A stretch of 64,000 nt of DNA from positions 930,001-994,000 of the forward strand of contig OZ251236.1 of the NCBI GenBank assembly GCA_965240325.2, given 5' to 3'. The notes below the pieces were generated by a model, which worked only from the letters and a program-made list of their open reading frames with translations, had not been told where the DNA came from and made no database searches. The position numbers were made by a program, and so were the translations under genes. Within the stretch, counting starts at the first letter, position 1; the number at the start of each line of letters is the position of its first letter. The DNA comes from Rebecca billardiae RCC1528 (lineage: Eukaryota > Protista > Haptophyta). Shown piece after piece: positions 11,201-20,904 of this stretch.

Positions 11201-13357
11201 GGACGCGAGCGAGATCGAGACGAGCCGCGTGCCGAGCAGCTGGCCGTCCTCGACCTGGCCCTCGTCGGCGGTCGCGTTGCCCGCCCCTGCCGCGTCCGTC
11301 GCGTTGCCGCACGTCGCACGCCACCGGGCGAGGTCCGCGTCCGTCGCGTTGAGCGCGCCGGTCGCGTTGCGCGCGCCGCGCAGCGCCGCGCACGCCGCGC
11401 GCCGCGCCTCGCGGCTCGCGGCGAGCTTGGCCGGGTTGGCGTGCACGTTGCGCCCGAAGCTGACGAGCTTCACGTCCACGCCGTCGTTCACGTGCTCGGG
11501 CGACTGACCGTCGAGCACGCCCGGCGGCAGCGCCAGCCCGCCCGCGCCCGCCGGCCCGCGCAGCGACGCGTTGTGCAGGTCCTCCGGTGTCGAGCGGCGC
11601 GCGCTCACGTTGAGCTGCGCGCTCTGCGCCTCGACCGCCGGCTCGCCCGCGTACATGCCGTGCAGCAGCGCGCCGCTGATCTTGCTCGCCGCGCCCTGCA
11701 CGCGCGAGCCCACGTGCAGCGCCGACGCCTCGTCGAGCGCGCTCTCGTTCGTCGCGAGCAGCGAGCTCAGCGAGCTCACCAGCGCGCCGCCCGTGTCCTC
11801 GTCCAGGCCGGTCGTCGTCGACGCGTTCGCCAGGCTGTCGACGAGCGCGGCGGCGGTGAGCTGCGACTTGGGCGTGAGCTCGTCGGGCCGCGCGACGACC
11901 GCCTTGATCGTCGACGAGCGCTGCGAGAGCGCCGTCGCCGAGAGCGGCTCGGTCGAGGCGCTCGTCTGCTCGAGCACGTCGAGCATCTGCTCGCGCGCGC
12001 GCGTCTGCTCCGCCTTTGCCGCCGCGGGCGCCTCCGCCGCCGCCTCGCCCGGCGACGCCTCCTCGTTGAGCTTGTCCGCGAGGCCCGAGACGAGCTGCTG
12101 CGCGGTGTTCGCGTCCGCGCTGCTCGCGATCGAGAGCAGGTCGTCCACCGCGCTCGCGGTGATCACCACCGTCGTCACGCGCACCGTGCGCACCGCCGCG
12201 CTCCGCACCGACGCGCCGAGCGCGTCCGTCACGCGCACCACCATCGTGAAGTTGCCCGCGGGCAGGAAGGCGCTCGCGCTCGGCGCCGCGCTCGCGTCGG
12301 AGAGCACGCGCTCGGTCGAGTGCGACTGCTTCTCCAGCCCGCCGCGCGCGTCGTGCTCGTGCGGGTGCCCGCGCGCGCTCAGGAACGTGTACGTGAGCGG
12401 CAGCTCGGCGTCGCTCCACTCGCCCGCCGTCAGGTTGAACTGCGTGCTCAGCTCGGAGCCCTCCCACGGCGAGACGCGCACCCAGCCGCCGCGCGGCGGC
12501 GCGTTCACCGCCACGCGCGTCTCCGCCGGCGTCGCCAGCTGCAGCTCGGGCGCGCTCACCGTCAGCTTGAAGACGTACGTCTCACCGGGCACCAGCAAGT
12601 GCGGCTGCAGCACAAACGCGGGCCGGTCGAGCCCCGTCGTCGTGAGCGCCGGGTCGGAGAGGTCGAGCGGCGTGCCGTCCGCGCGGCGCACCTGCCACTC
12701 GTACTGCCAGCGCACGGCGCCGGCCGCCTGCTTCTGCCGCGCCACGTCGTCGATGCTCGCCTGCAGCCGCACGCGCCCGCTCGGGTTCACCAGCCGCTCG
12801 CCGAGCGCGTTCAGGCGCTCCGGCCTCGAGAGCGTGACGACAGCCGGGACGATCCGCGGTGGCGAGGGCGGCGGCGGCGGCAGCGGCGGCGGCGGCTGCG
12901 GCGGCCGCGACGGTGGGGACGGCGGCGGGCGCGGCGGCGGCCTGGAAGGCGGCGGCGGCGCGTGCGGCTGTTGATGCACGACCGGCGCAGGGTGAAATCG
13001 CGCGCAACCGTGGGTTGCGCAGGTCGGATCCACTCCGTGTTTGGCACAATCCGCGTGCTGGCGGCGGAGCCACGCGAGCTCGTCGTTTTGCTCGGCGTGG
13101 AAGAAGAAGGGCAACGGCTCGTGCGCGGCGCACTCCTCAAAGCCTTGGGTCACGTCGTCGCTCGCACACTCAATCGCGCGGCTTCCCGGGCGCGCGCCGC
13201 CGTAGCAGGCCCACTTCGAGTTGACGAAGCGCGCGACCATGCCGGGGTGGATCTCCTCGCAGAAGCTGTCGAGCATGCCCTGCACGCAGCCAGCGCTCGC
13301 GCCCGGCGCCCAGCAGCAGAGCGCCAGGGTAATTGCGAGCTGCGCTGTCCGCATCAT
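8261..13357 (-). CDS. Polycystin-1-like membrane receptor, copy A (signal, Cys-rich head, short Pro linker, REJ-like region, GAIN/GPS, ~5 TM), 1698 aa
   Basis: Signal peptide; REJ-like VNAPPRGG...FNLTAGEWSDAELPLTYTF; GPS CQYWSE...WSSEGC...CACTHLTDF; PKD1-type TM motifs (EHTLLAVLF...YSRAQ; FG...VSWAVAMTQTFAVNEP). Uninterrupted ORF. Confidence 0.85.
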   Translation of the reverse strand: MMRTAQLAITLALCCWAPGASAGCVQGMLDSFCEEIHPGMVARFVNSKWACYGGARPGSRAIECASDDVTQGFEECAAHEPLPFFFHAEQNDELAWLRRQHADCAKHGVDPTCATHGCARFHPAPVVHQQPHAPPPPSRPPPRPPPSPPSRPPQPPPPLPPPPPSPPRIVPAVVTLSRPERLNALGERLVNPSGRVRLQASIDDVARQKQAAGAVRWQYEWQVRRADGTPLDLSDPALTTTGLDRPAFVLQPHLLVPGETYVFKLTVSAPELQLATPAETRVAVNAPPRGGWVRVSPWEGSELSTQFNLTAGEWSDAELPLTYTFLSARGHPHEHDARGGLEKQSHSTERVLSDASAAPSASAFLPAGNFTMVVRVTDALGASVRSAAVRTVRVTTVVITASAVDDLLSIASSADANTAQQLVSGLADKLNEEASPGEAAAEAPAAAKAEQTRAREQMLDVLEQTSASTEPLSATALSQRSSTIKAVVARPDELTPKSQLTAAALVDSLANASTTTGLDEDTGGALVSSLSSLLATNESALDEASALHVGSRVQGAASKISGALLHGMYAGEPAVEAQSAQLNVSARRSTPEDLHNASLRGPAGAGGLALPPGVLDGQSPEHVNDGVDVKLVSFGRNVHANPAKLAASREARRAACAALRGARNATGALNATDADLARWRATCGNATDAAGAGNATADEGQVEDGQLLGTRLVSISLASASAGSALKVHGLAEPIIIEMPLSVDAASIEPLAAEREAHAACMAARQAQIDPLEAAARAEAVRALLGALRHNQTGFNATELEHWRAWANWTQHANASVGAGAPAANASSELPPPSWAWAEWADAYARAAPEAARVGLRADPLFGFGADLSAVPECPEPTPATCQYWSESAGTWSSEGCTALGVVRRRRHRALSELGNASGAEAEAEAEAEEVLLRCACTHLTDFCGMAVPTSKEELLEQITAVSINTFSLQDVGDALLHFDYAEFQDIYNLVFGLSAANALLLAVGCYFDWRQERAKRAEQTKFIVGALQTKQPREVREREEDAKLEGTRTGQVIVAVGKGGGASKWQAARDAEEDGSLLKQFTTDLSDKFRDEHTLLAVLFSKEKTYSRAQLVQIFFNVIALELVVECMLYSPSEPPDPTVPPPPPAKTPLITYIIESIITSCVCLPGLIVFKQLWYLNEVWPFRRFVAVASRADREAAAVVLQGAQRRKLALRQRRARERRLQREGGPRKPALLAVRKAEPPPPRRRSSLFTSEPPPEGSFAAEELQRKQKIAQLEATADRAAERAEALDAQAEALELRRHKDAGTKAHALQEAAKMRAEAQQIGKEAARAQQAADRERELLQLRRHKERARIKAEARAAKQAPKPSPAAAGASAAPAAAPPAASDASASTDPAASPAPAGRFAGGLFGGARQRDAGTKAGAAARAGSEATPSESSEESHGSGGGRQGGGAGAAAALRLSREQRLRDEARAAESRYRSINTHARRTNAACADADADGDRALSSLRAQAASAARAAQAKQHRLAIEHAGAGAWLGGQSRRTKPIVDAGARDPAARRRAAATPGQLGSGSGFKRPAGVRHYARLEDDERPRCVIGPKAFHIMSWASMGFCFVLCCSVIITFGKVIGADNSHDMMVSWAVAMTQTFAVNEPSLMSVSTALPYLIKLLAHLPCCAPIFAHFDGLQEWLDTLWEHVAWFVEA
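9683..12838. repeat. Left arm of a ~3.15 kb inverted repeat (partner 22453-25605)
   Basis: The reverse complement matches 22453-25605 apart from a few substitutions, a 3-bp indel and a 6-bp indel. Confidence 0.95.
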
Positions 13358-14568
13358 CTTGACAGGGCAGGGCTTCCTTGTCTCGACCCCCCGAAGCAGC
13401 TGAACGTGCCCTCATCGTCTGCTCACCAGATTCCCAATCTCGCCGCGAGATAACCACCTTGACGTTCGCCAATATTACAGGCGTTGAGCAGGCGTTGGGA
13501 TTTCTCATAGTACGACAGGCGTGCGGCGCCTGATGAAGTCGTGCGTTCTCCTATTGAACCCCCTTGCTCCTATGTGCATCCGTGCCCGTGCGCCGCTTTT
13601 GTGCATCATCACATTCGCCGTACATCATCAGTCCATTACCCGCGCCCATATTCTGACGCTCGCGCCCGGCGGCAGCCCTGCGCGCCCAAAGTAGGACCGG
13701 CGGATTCCATGGCCGACGACGCCCGGTGACGGATGACGCCCGGCATTTTGGGCGGGGCAGCTCACAGTTCTTAACGCCGCCAGTGCCAGGCATGGCGTGC
13801 ACGATGGCCATGGCCTGAGCGTTGGACACGTGAATGACTAATAGTTCTCCGGCTCGCGCGGTCCTACCAAAGGACCATCGTCCTTTGGTCCTACTGTAGT
13901 GAGCTATCCGGTTCATGGTCGCGCCGCTGTGAGCCGGACTGGGCCCCGAGTGACTGTGAGGCTCTAAAGTGACGTTTGCAGCGCACAGACAGACCACGAA
14001 GCACCGACACGGAATGAATGCAACACAAGCCCACGGCGCGTCCATGTCAGCTCGGCTTTGGTGCCGTCAGGCTGGCGGCACACGTCTCTCAGTCCGCACG
14101 ACAGCGACGACTGCGACGAGCCCCACAGTCCGATGACGACTGCTTCGTCGCTTTGTTGTCTTCGCGCTCCAGGAATACACGCGGCGCCGGCGTATCGGCG
14201 GGAAACGCGCACGCGCGTCGGCGTCCCGCCGTTCGCCAGAGGCCGGCGAATATCTGGCGGCGAGAAGCGAAGTGAGCGTGCGGCGGGCCGGCGGCCATAA
14301 TTCATTCAGCAGTGATTTTACACGCATCGGACGGCCTGGCTCCACACAGCGCGCTGGCTCCTGGGTGCCAACCAAGCAGATTTGCCCCGAGTCCGGCTCG
14401 CTTCTGATTGCACGATGGAAAGGAGGCGATGCGGGCGTCCTATTCGAATTCGTTGAAGGAGGCGCTTTTCGAGACGTCAATGAGACCCGCCGGCGCGAAA
14501 ATGTGGAACCGCGTCCTCGCTCGGTCCCGGCTGGGGTTGCTGTGGGCCAAGGTACTGACTGAGGCACG

Positions 14569-16000
14569 ATGCGCGCTGCCGCCAGACCATGGGCGCCGCG
14601 CGGCGCGGCTGCGCGTCTCGCGCTGCTCTTCGCCGCGGCGTGGACGTGCGGTGGCCCGCGCATGGTAGAGGCGAACTCGATGCCGTGGACTTTCGCGCCG
14701 CTCCTGCCCGACTGGCAGCCTCCGAACTGGCATGACCTCGACGAGCACGGCTTTGTCCTGATCCGGCAGTTTGTGCGTGGCGACGTGGCGGCGTGGCGCG
14801 AGGCGGTGGTGGAGAACTGGAAGAAGCGCGTGGTGAACACGCCCGGGCCGGGAAACCGCGCGATCGACAGCGCCGCGATGATCCCGCTCAGGCACGCCGT
14901 GCGCGTGATGATCGAGCAGATCCGGGAGAGCAACGCAACGCGCCTCGAGCCGGACACGATCTACGACCCAGTCAAGTGCCCCTCGACTGGGGCCGTGGCG
15001 TCATACTACTTCGTCTCGGGCAAACCGCCAGACGCTAAAGTGGCGGCCAAGCTCGATGGTGTGTCACTTGGCAACGCTGGCGCGTTTCGCGCCGGGCTTG
15101 ACTGGTGCGAGCCGCGTTGCGCCACCTCCTGCGAGCCGGCCTGCGCCTGGCGCGCACCCCGTCTGAATCACCGCATCACGGCAGCTACGCTCGCGAGGTG
15201 AGCGCGAGGCTCCGTTCAATCACCCCGCGTGACCTTGGCTCCCTCGCCCCCCACCTCCTGATACTGTACGCACAGGCACACTGACCTGTCCTTGGCGTGG
15301 CACCCCGAGGATCAGAGGGCAGATGCATTCCTGAATTTCTACATCCCAGTGGTGCGTGAGCGTGCGCTTCCACCGACGCCTCCAAGGCCAACGCTTGAGG
15401 TGGGGTCGCGACTGCTACGCCTCGCTGGCTCATGTGATCTCGCGTGTGCGCCGCGACTTCCTCTGTGCCACTGTGCCGCTGCCCTGCGCGATCGCTGCGT
15501 GCGCGATCGCTGCGTGCGCTCGACAGGTGAAACCATACGCAGATGATGCCAACTTGGGCGTCATCCCCTTCTCTGCCTTCGCGCCGGACACGCGCCGCCA
15601 GCTGGAGAGCTCGTCGTCCAAGGTGTACCGCAGGCGCAAGCTCAAGCAGGACTCGCCCGCTCCCGCAGACGTCCCCCAGACGCCCAACACCACGGCGTGG
15701 GTCCAGGAGAAGGATGTGTCCGGATGCAGCAACCGCCGGAGCTTCCCGCAGAACTTGTTTGACGCTGGCTTCGAGCCCAACACCAACGAGGGCGACCTCC
15801 TGCTGAAGCGCGGCGATGTGGTGCACAGGTCCGGCCCCAACCTGAAGACGCCCTTCCGGCTGGCGGTTTCTGTCCGCGCGCTCAAATGGCCGTCCACTCC
15901 GGGCAGGGCTGAGTGCATGGTGCGCAAGGGGCTGGGCTTCATGACACGACAGATTCAGCAGCAGTACACGAAGCGACTCTGCTCAGTGGCTGGCATGTGA
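14569..16000 (+). CDS. PhyH-like Fe(II)/2OG dioxygenase with signal peptide (~361 aa); exons 14569-15104, 15276-15351, 15527-16000
   Basis: LDEHGFVLIRQF; splicing restores DWHTD (HxD), NFYIPVVKP, GDLLLKRGDVVHRSGPN and RLAVSVR. Summed exon length (1086 bp) is a multiple of three. Confidence 0.75.
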
Positions 16001-16234
16001 TCACTGATCAGAGTCTTACTACTCAGTCCAGAACTCTGAGTACAATTACAAAACAATCCATCCGCGATCACATCAGGGGCAGATGATCAGCCAGATGGCG
16101 ACTACTAGACTTGATTGCATCAGCAAGATGGCGGAGTAATGACTATTATATAATGTAACGAACCGAGACGCCACTGTCTGCCCGGAACGGGTGGGCGTGG
16201 CCGCGACGAGCTAGTTAGATAATTAGTTAGTTAT

Positions 16235-16324
16235 GGCGCACGCCCCCCCCCCCCCCCCCCCCCCCCCCCGAAAGGTCTGAGCGTGAGCGAAAGCCGGGGG
16301 GGGGGGGGGGGGGGGCGGCGCACG
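16235..16324. repeat. C27 - 26 nt - G20 inverted homopolymer, flanked by the 8-bp direct repeat GGCGCACG
   Basis: C run 16243-16269, G run 16296-16315, GGCGCACG at 16235-16242 and 16317-16324. Confidence 0.9.
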
Positions 16325-17339
16325 TGCTCCGCAAAATCAAAAAGAGGATGCGCGCAGGATTTTGGGGATTTTTCGGTAGGTGGCCACCGCGTATGAGTGG
16401 ATATCGCTGCCGCAATGATTGCGTTTGTACTGCCCCTTAATTTTAACGATAGTAACACTTAGGGGAATGCAGGGTGGAATAGCACATAACACCAGCCGTG
16501 TGTTAGAACATTCCGTCATAGTAAGATGCCTGAATTGTAAGAGCCTGAAACAGCTCGCCAACCATAGAAACGATAGGTTGGGTCGTCAGCTTTGATTCAC
16601 GCGCTTCTGAAAAACAGCGTTTTAGATTAGACGCATCCCTCTTCTCTTAAGAGAACTGCGCTTCAAAAACACCGTTTCAACGAAAGACGATCGCCCGCCA
16701 TTCAACTGAAACGAGATTCTGCATAAAGCGAACCAAACATTTGGTTCGGTGGCAATCCAATTCTTGTATTTCAGATGAACGACACAGCCTGAAGGCGAAC
16801 ATTCTCGCTCTCGACCCATATGATCATTTGTTGATGAGGCCTGAATTCGCTGCTCATCAACAATGATGGCAGCCGGACGCGATATGGTATTGCGCGGGTA
16901 GCTTGAATCGACGTTCCCGCGCGCCGTGGTATCATACGGTTATCAAGCTACTCTTGTTGATATACTTTTGGCCATCTACTGATACGACGTCAATGCGGGT
17001 GGCAATCGCAACCCGCATATTGACGGGCCTGAAAATTATCATGAGCATAAGAATTTCTACCGCTTCACGCACGACCCTTCGGATTCTCTCCCATTTAATA
17101 CCGGCGCGTCCGGGACAGCTTGACGAATATGAACGATAAACTTGAGCGGACAAATCTTCATAATATCTCCCTTCATGATTAATACTATACCATGGTACGG
17201 CCTTTGTGGCTCGCGCATTGACGGGCGGGCAGCCGAGGCTCCGAACGAGGCGCCGAGAAGCCGCCACTGCCCATGTAGGCCGCCGCCGCACGATCGTTCA
17301 ATCCGACAGACTCAGCGCAGGTGCGCGCGGCTGCGATGG

Positions 17340-18195
17340 GTCCCAACGGCCGTCGGCATCGCATTCGTGCCTCTTTCCCCCCTCGCGCCCCGCCCCGGTG
17401 CCGACCCGCGTCCACGCGCGTCGGCGCGCCCGTCGGCGTCGCGCAGTTTCTTTGTGCAAGCTCTTGGCAGCTGCTGCTGCAACTACGAGTCGCTCGCAGA
17501 CGGCAGAGGTGATGCTGCTGGCGGCCAGAGGGCGATACGATGCCGTGTCTTTGACTGGGCTGTGCCGACCCATCACGGCCACGCGCGCGGTGCGCGGTAA
17601 CCCGACTGCTCAGCCGCATCACCCAGCGCAGCTTCGCCCGCGACGACGGCTTCGCCTGGCTACCACTGCTCATCAGCCGCGTGCCCGGCTTCGGCTCGGC
17701 GGGCGTCCGGTTCGGCCGAGCACGGCTGCAGCGCAGCACGCGAGACCTCGGCTGGAGCGGCCGGCTGTGACGCGGATGGCGGAGGCGGGCTTTGGGCTCG
17801 GGCTGCCCATGAGCCACCACGGGCTGTACCGTCTGCGCAGATCGCGCTCGGCCCGGCCGCAGCCCTCCTGAGCGCGCGCCTCAGAGCTGAGACTGATCAC
17901 GGGCAGGCGCACGAGCGACACTGCCGTCAGCCGCCGCGTGCCCGGCTTCGGCTCGGCGGGCGTCCGGTTCGGCCGAGCACGGCTGCAGCGCAGCACGCGA
18001 GCGAGACCTCGGCTGGAGCGGCCGGCTGTGACGCGGATGGCGGAGGCGGGCTTTGGGCTCGGGCTGCCCATGAGCCACCACGGGCTGTACCGTCTGCGCA
18101 GATCGCGCTCGGCCCGGCCGCAGCCCTCCTGAGCGCGCGCCTCAGAGCTGAGACTGATCACGGGCAGGCGCACGAGCGACACTGCCGTCAGCCGT
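17340..18195 (+). pseudogene. Possible decayed tyrosine-recombinase (DIRS/Crypton-type) fragment
   Basis: Broken frames give AVGIAF...RPG, SQTAEVMLL...LCRPITA, GLPMSHHGLYRLRRS and ASELRLITGRRTSDTAV. The order resembles YR box I, CPV, HSLR and GRW-x-S motifs, judged by eye only. Confidence 0.3.
17676..18195. repeat. Two-copy tandem duplication, unit ~257-261 bp
   Basis: GTGCCCGGCTTCGG at 17681 and 17938; GGGCAGGCGCACGAG at 17901 and 18162; copy 2 has a 4-bp insertion. Confidence 0.95.
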
Positions 18196-19019
18196 GCGGC
18201 TGTGTCGAGCCGCCGCGTGTGCTCGCAGGCGCGGCGCTCGCATGGGCTCAACGCGGGCGCAGCGGGTGCGCGCAGCTGGCGCACGCAGCCACGCGCGGAA
18301 CTAGCTAGGGCCGTGCGCCCTCAACTTCGTTGTTTACTACCCGAAGATCGGCGTAGCCGATCATAATATATATATAGTATATCAATATACATATATTATT
18401 TTCAGTGTACCGCCATCGGTCCACTCCCCGGAGCGCGGATGTCTGTCTGGATGACCAGTCGGGCCGGTCCGGCCGGTGATGTCAGCGTCGTCAGCCGTGC
18501 TCCGGACGCGGGACGGCGGCTATCTATCATCTATGCGAGCGACAAAAAATGTATAATAAGAATTCTCTCAGCGATCTTCGCGGAGATTCTCATTCAGAAT
18601 CAGATGCCACGGAGAGTCTCTTCGGAGTGGCACTGGCAGGTAGTTGAACGCCGAGTGCTGCTAATAATACCGGAACAAGCTAACTACACGGTGTCGACGG
18701 TCCTGACTCCTCGGATGACCCATCACCCCACCACAGCTGCATGCGATTGGCATGGGGTGAACTTGAACGCTCGCAGGGACAGCGCGCGCGCGCGGCCGAG
18801 TCCGGTAGCGGCACTTCGGGTGGTCTAGCCTGCCTACACACTTGATTGATAGTTGATTATTCGGTCACTTGACCGTAATTGTCGAGGGGACGTGCCTAGG
18901 CCTAGCGACCCACCAAGCCAGCCCACGCCGCCCCAACTCCCGAAGGCGAGTACGGGCGAGTGCGCCCGCACGCCGACTGCACCGAGTCCCCATGGTGAAG
19001 CTCCTGAGCAAAGCTTCAC

Positions 19020-20394
19020 CAGCAGCGGCAAAGGCGGATACAGCACTCAGCAGTATGCATGTCTTATTATTAAGCTAGCGGTGTCGTCGATGCGACCACA
19101 GCCGAGAGGCCGGTTGAGCGCCTCGACTCCCCTCGCAAGTGCGGACTCGTGCAGGCCTCGACCACCACCGCATGTTTTGGGCTCCACAGATGGAGCGCAT
19201 GAAGCCGTCGCGATCGTTGCCGCCTTGCGACTCCATGGCGGCAACGCCGACCGACATGTGGCACCTGTAGATGGCGCGATCGAGCATCGGCGCGCATGTA
19301 GAGCAAGCCTCGGAGGTAGCCGGAACATCTTGCCATGTCGCGTGCGTGGATGATATCGCATCGGTAGACACGCCATGCGTGTCCCGCAGTCGATTTACGC
19401 GACGCTCGATCCGCACGCTCTTGGATGCGTGGGCTCATCGTGCACAAGATCGTGGGAGTTCCGTGGCCGCTCGCACGATGGCGGTTGCCCTCTCTTCGCC
19501 CCGCCCCAAAAGCGCGTGCTACGGGCAGCAACGCGCCTGGCGGCGTGGGCGGCGGTGCGGGCGGCGGCGCGGGCATCCGGCGCGAGCACTCGCCTGCGCT
19601 GTCCGTGCCCAGGGTCGCCGCTCGGCTGCCAGGGGCGAGCAACTGACGCTGTGGTGTGCTGGTTGTGGGGCCGTCACCCTGGTCCTGGACGCCGGTTGTC
19701 CCACAACCGAGCGCGCGCGCACGCGCGTACGCGCGCGCGCGCCCGATCGCTGTAGCAGTGGCGGCAGGCGGAGACGGTGTGTGTCAATAGCCGGTTGAGT
19801 TGTGTGTACGATATAGGCACACCGATGATCGTACGCGCAGAACTGAGGCGCTGGCGCTCAATGGTGATCTTGTCCTATGGCATAGGACTGAGTCCTATCT
19901 GTTGCAGGGGGATATCCGGTCAATGCGGTGCCCGCATCCTTTGCCCGATGGTCCGGGCGCGCCCGCCCGGGACGAGCCGCCGCCGCCGGGCCGAATAGCC
20001 CAGAATATAGTGATGCCGACATTGATGACGCGCAATTCGCCTACCCGCCTAGGCGCTCGCCCACGACTAAGGCCGCTCGCCACTCGACACATTCGCCGCT
20101 CGCCATTCGGTCGACACATTCGGCCGCCACTCTCCACATGCACATACTGGGCAAGCCGCGTTAATCTGACTTAATTGGCAGAGTCTGTCTCTCAGGCCCT
20201 GACGCCGACGCCGGTCCGAGCCGAGGCCAATAACAATGTCAATTGCCTGGCGGCGCCAGCACTGGCAGCAGTGGCAAAGGGATGCATGTATGTGCATGTC
20301 TTAAGCTAGCCGGTGGGTCGATGCGACCACAGCCGATCGAGAGGGCGGTCGAGCGCCTCGACTCCCCTCGCAAGTGCGGACTTGTGCAGGCCTC
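19020..20394. repeat. Imperfect ~130-bp direct repeats (19020-19159 and 20266-20394) about 1.24 kb apart
   Basis: Shared TGCATGTCTTA...TAAGCTAGC...GTCGATGCGACCACAGCCGA...GAGCGCCTCGACTCCCCTCGCAAGTGCGGACT.GTGCAGGCCTC. Confidence 0.85.
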
Positions 20395-20904
20395 CCGCTT
20401 CGCGGGATCCGGTCGGCCGGGGTGGGCTCCGGGCGCCGCGGGGCGCGGGCGGCAGTGCTCAGGATCTTATCTAACGGCCGGGTGTTGTAAGACAATAGTA
20501 TGTGCAAAACGCAAGTCTGATTGGACAGTACTCAGCCGTTGGGTTCGGACCAATCACGAGCCGATGTGGCGCAAGATCTTCATCTCAGGCTGGGCCGTTA
20601 ATGCCCATCATTATGATGAGTTCGACGCAAATAGACCCTCGACCGAATCTTTTGACTTTATGATTGAGCGATTGACTCCGCGTTGACATATTGAACAGGC
20701 ACATGTGGGTACGCAAGCTCTGCACGGGAGACGGGACGGCTGCGCGTTGTGCACATTGTCATTCTATCTAATAACTTCATCGACTTTCGAGTGACGATGC
20801 CAGGCGGGGCAGGCACGAGCCCGTGCGCCTGGACGAGCGGGGCGATGCCTCTCGGGGAGCATCGGCAGCACTCGCCGCGGGTGCGGTCCCGCAGACGAAC
20901 GGCG

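Noticed and set aside
9116-13453. Very long antisense or alternate-frame ORFs (e.g. 9116-13453 +, 8475-12467 -, 21631-26907 -, 22824-25727 +)
   Set aside because: Arg/Ala-rich shadows of high-GC3 genes, with no domains; stop codons are rare at this GC content.
13400-14560. Short ORFs between receptor copy A and the dioxygenase
   Set aside because: No motifs or coding-like codon bias; treated as intergenic/promoter DNA.
16140-16216. Possible mini-Helitron (TA-rich start, CTAG end)
   Set aside because: No convincing subterminal hairpin and no second copy in the window.
19055-19075. TGCATGTCTTA resembling the 5' region of 18S rRNA
   Set aside because: The match is only about 10 nt and does not extend.
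20749-20904. Upstream extensions in the ORF track (20749, 405, 30881, 40185, 45684, 47781, 47841, 50303, 60236)
   Set aside because: They begin at GTG/TTG or precede the ATG that gives a proper signal peptide or domain start, so downstream ATGs were chosen.
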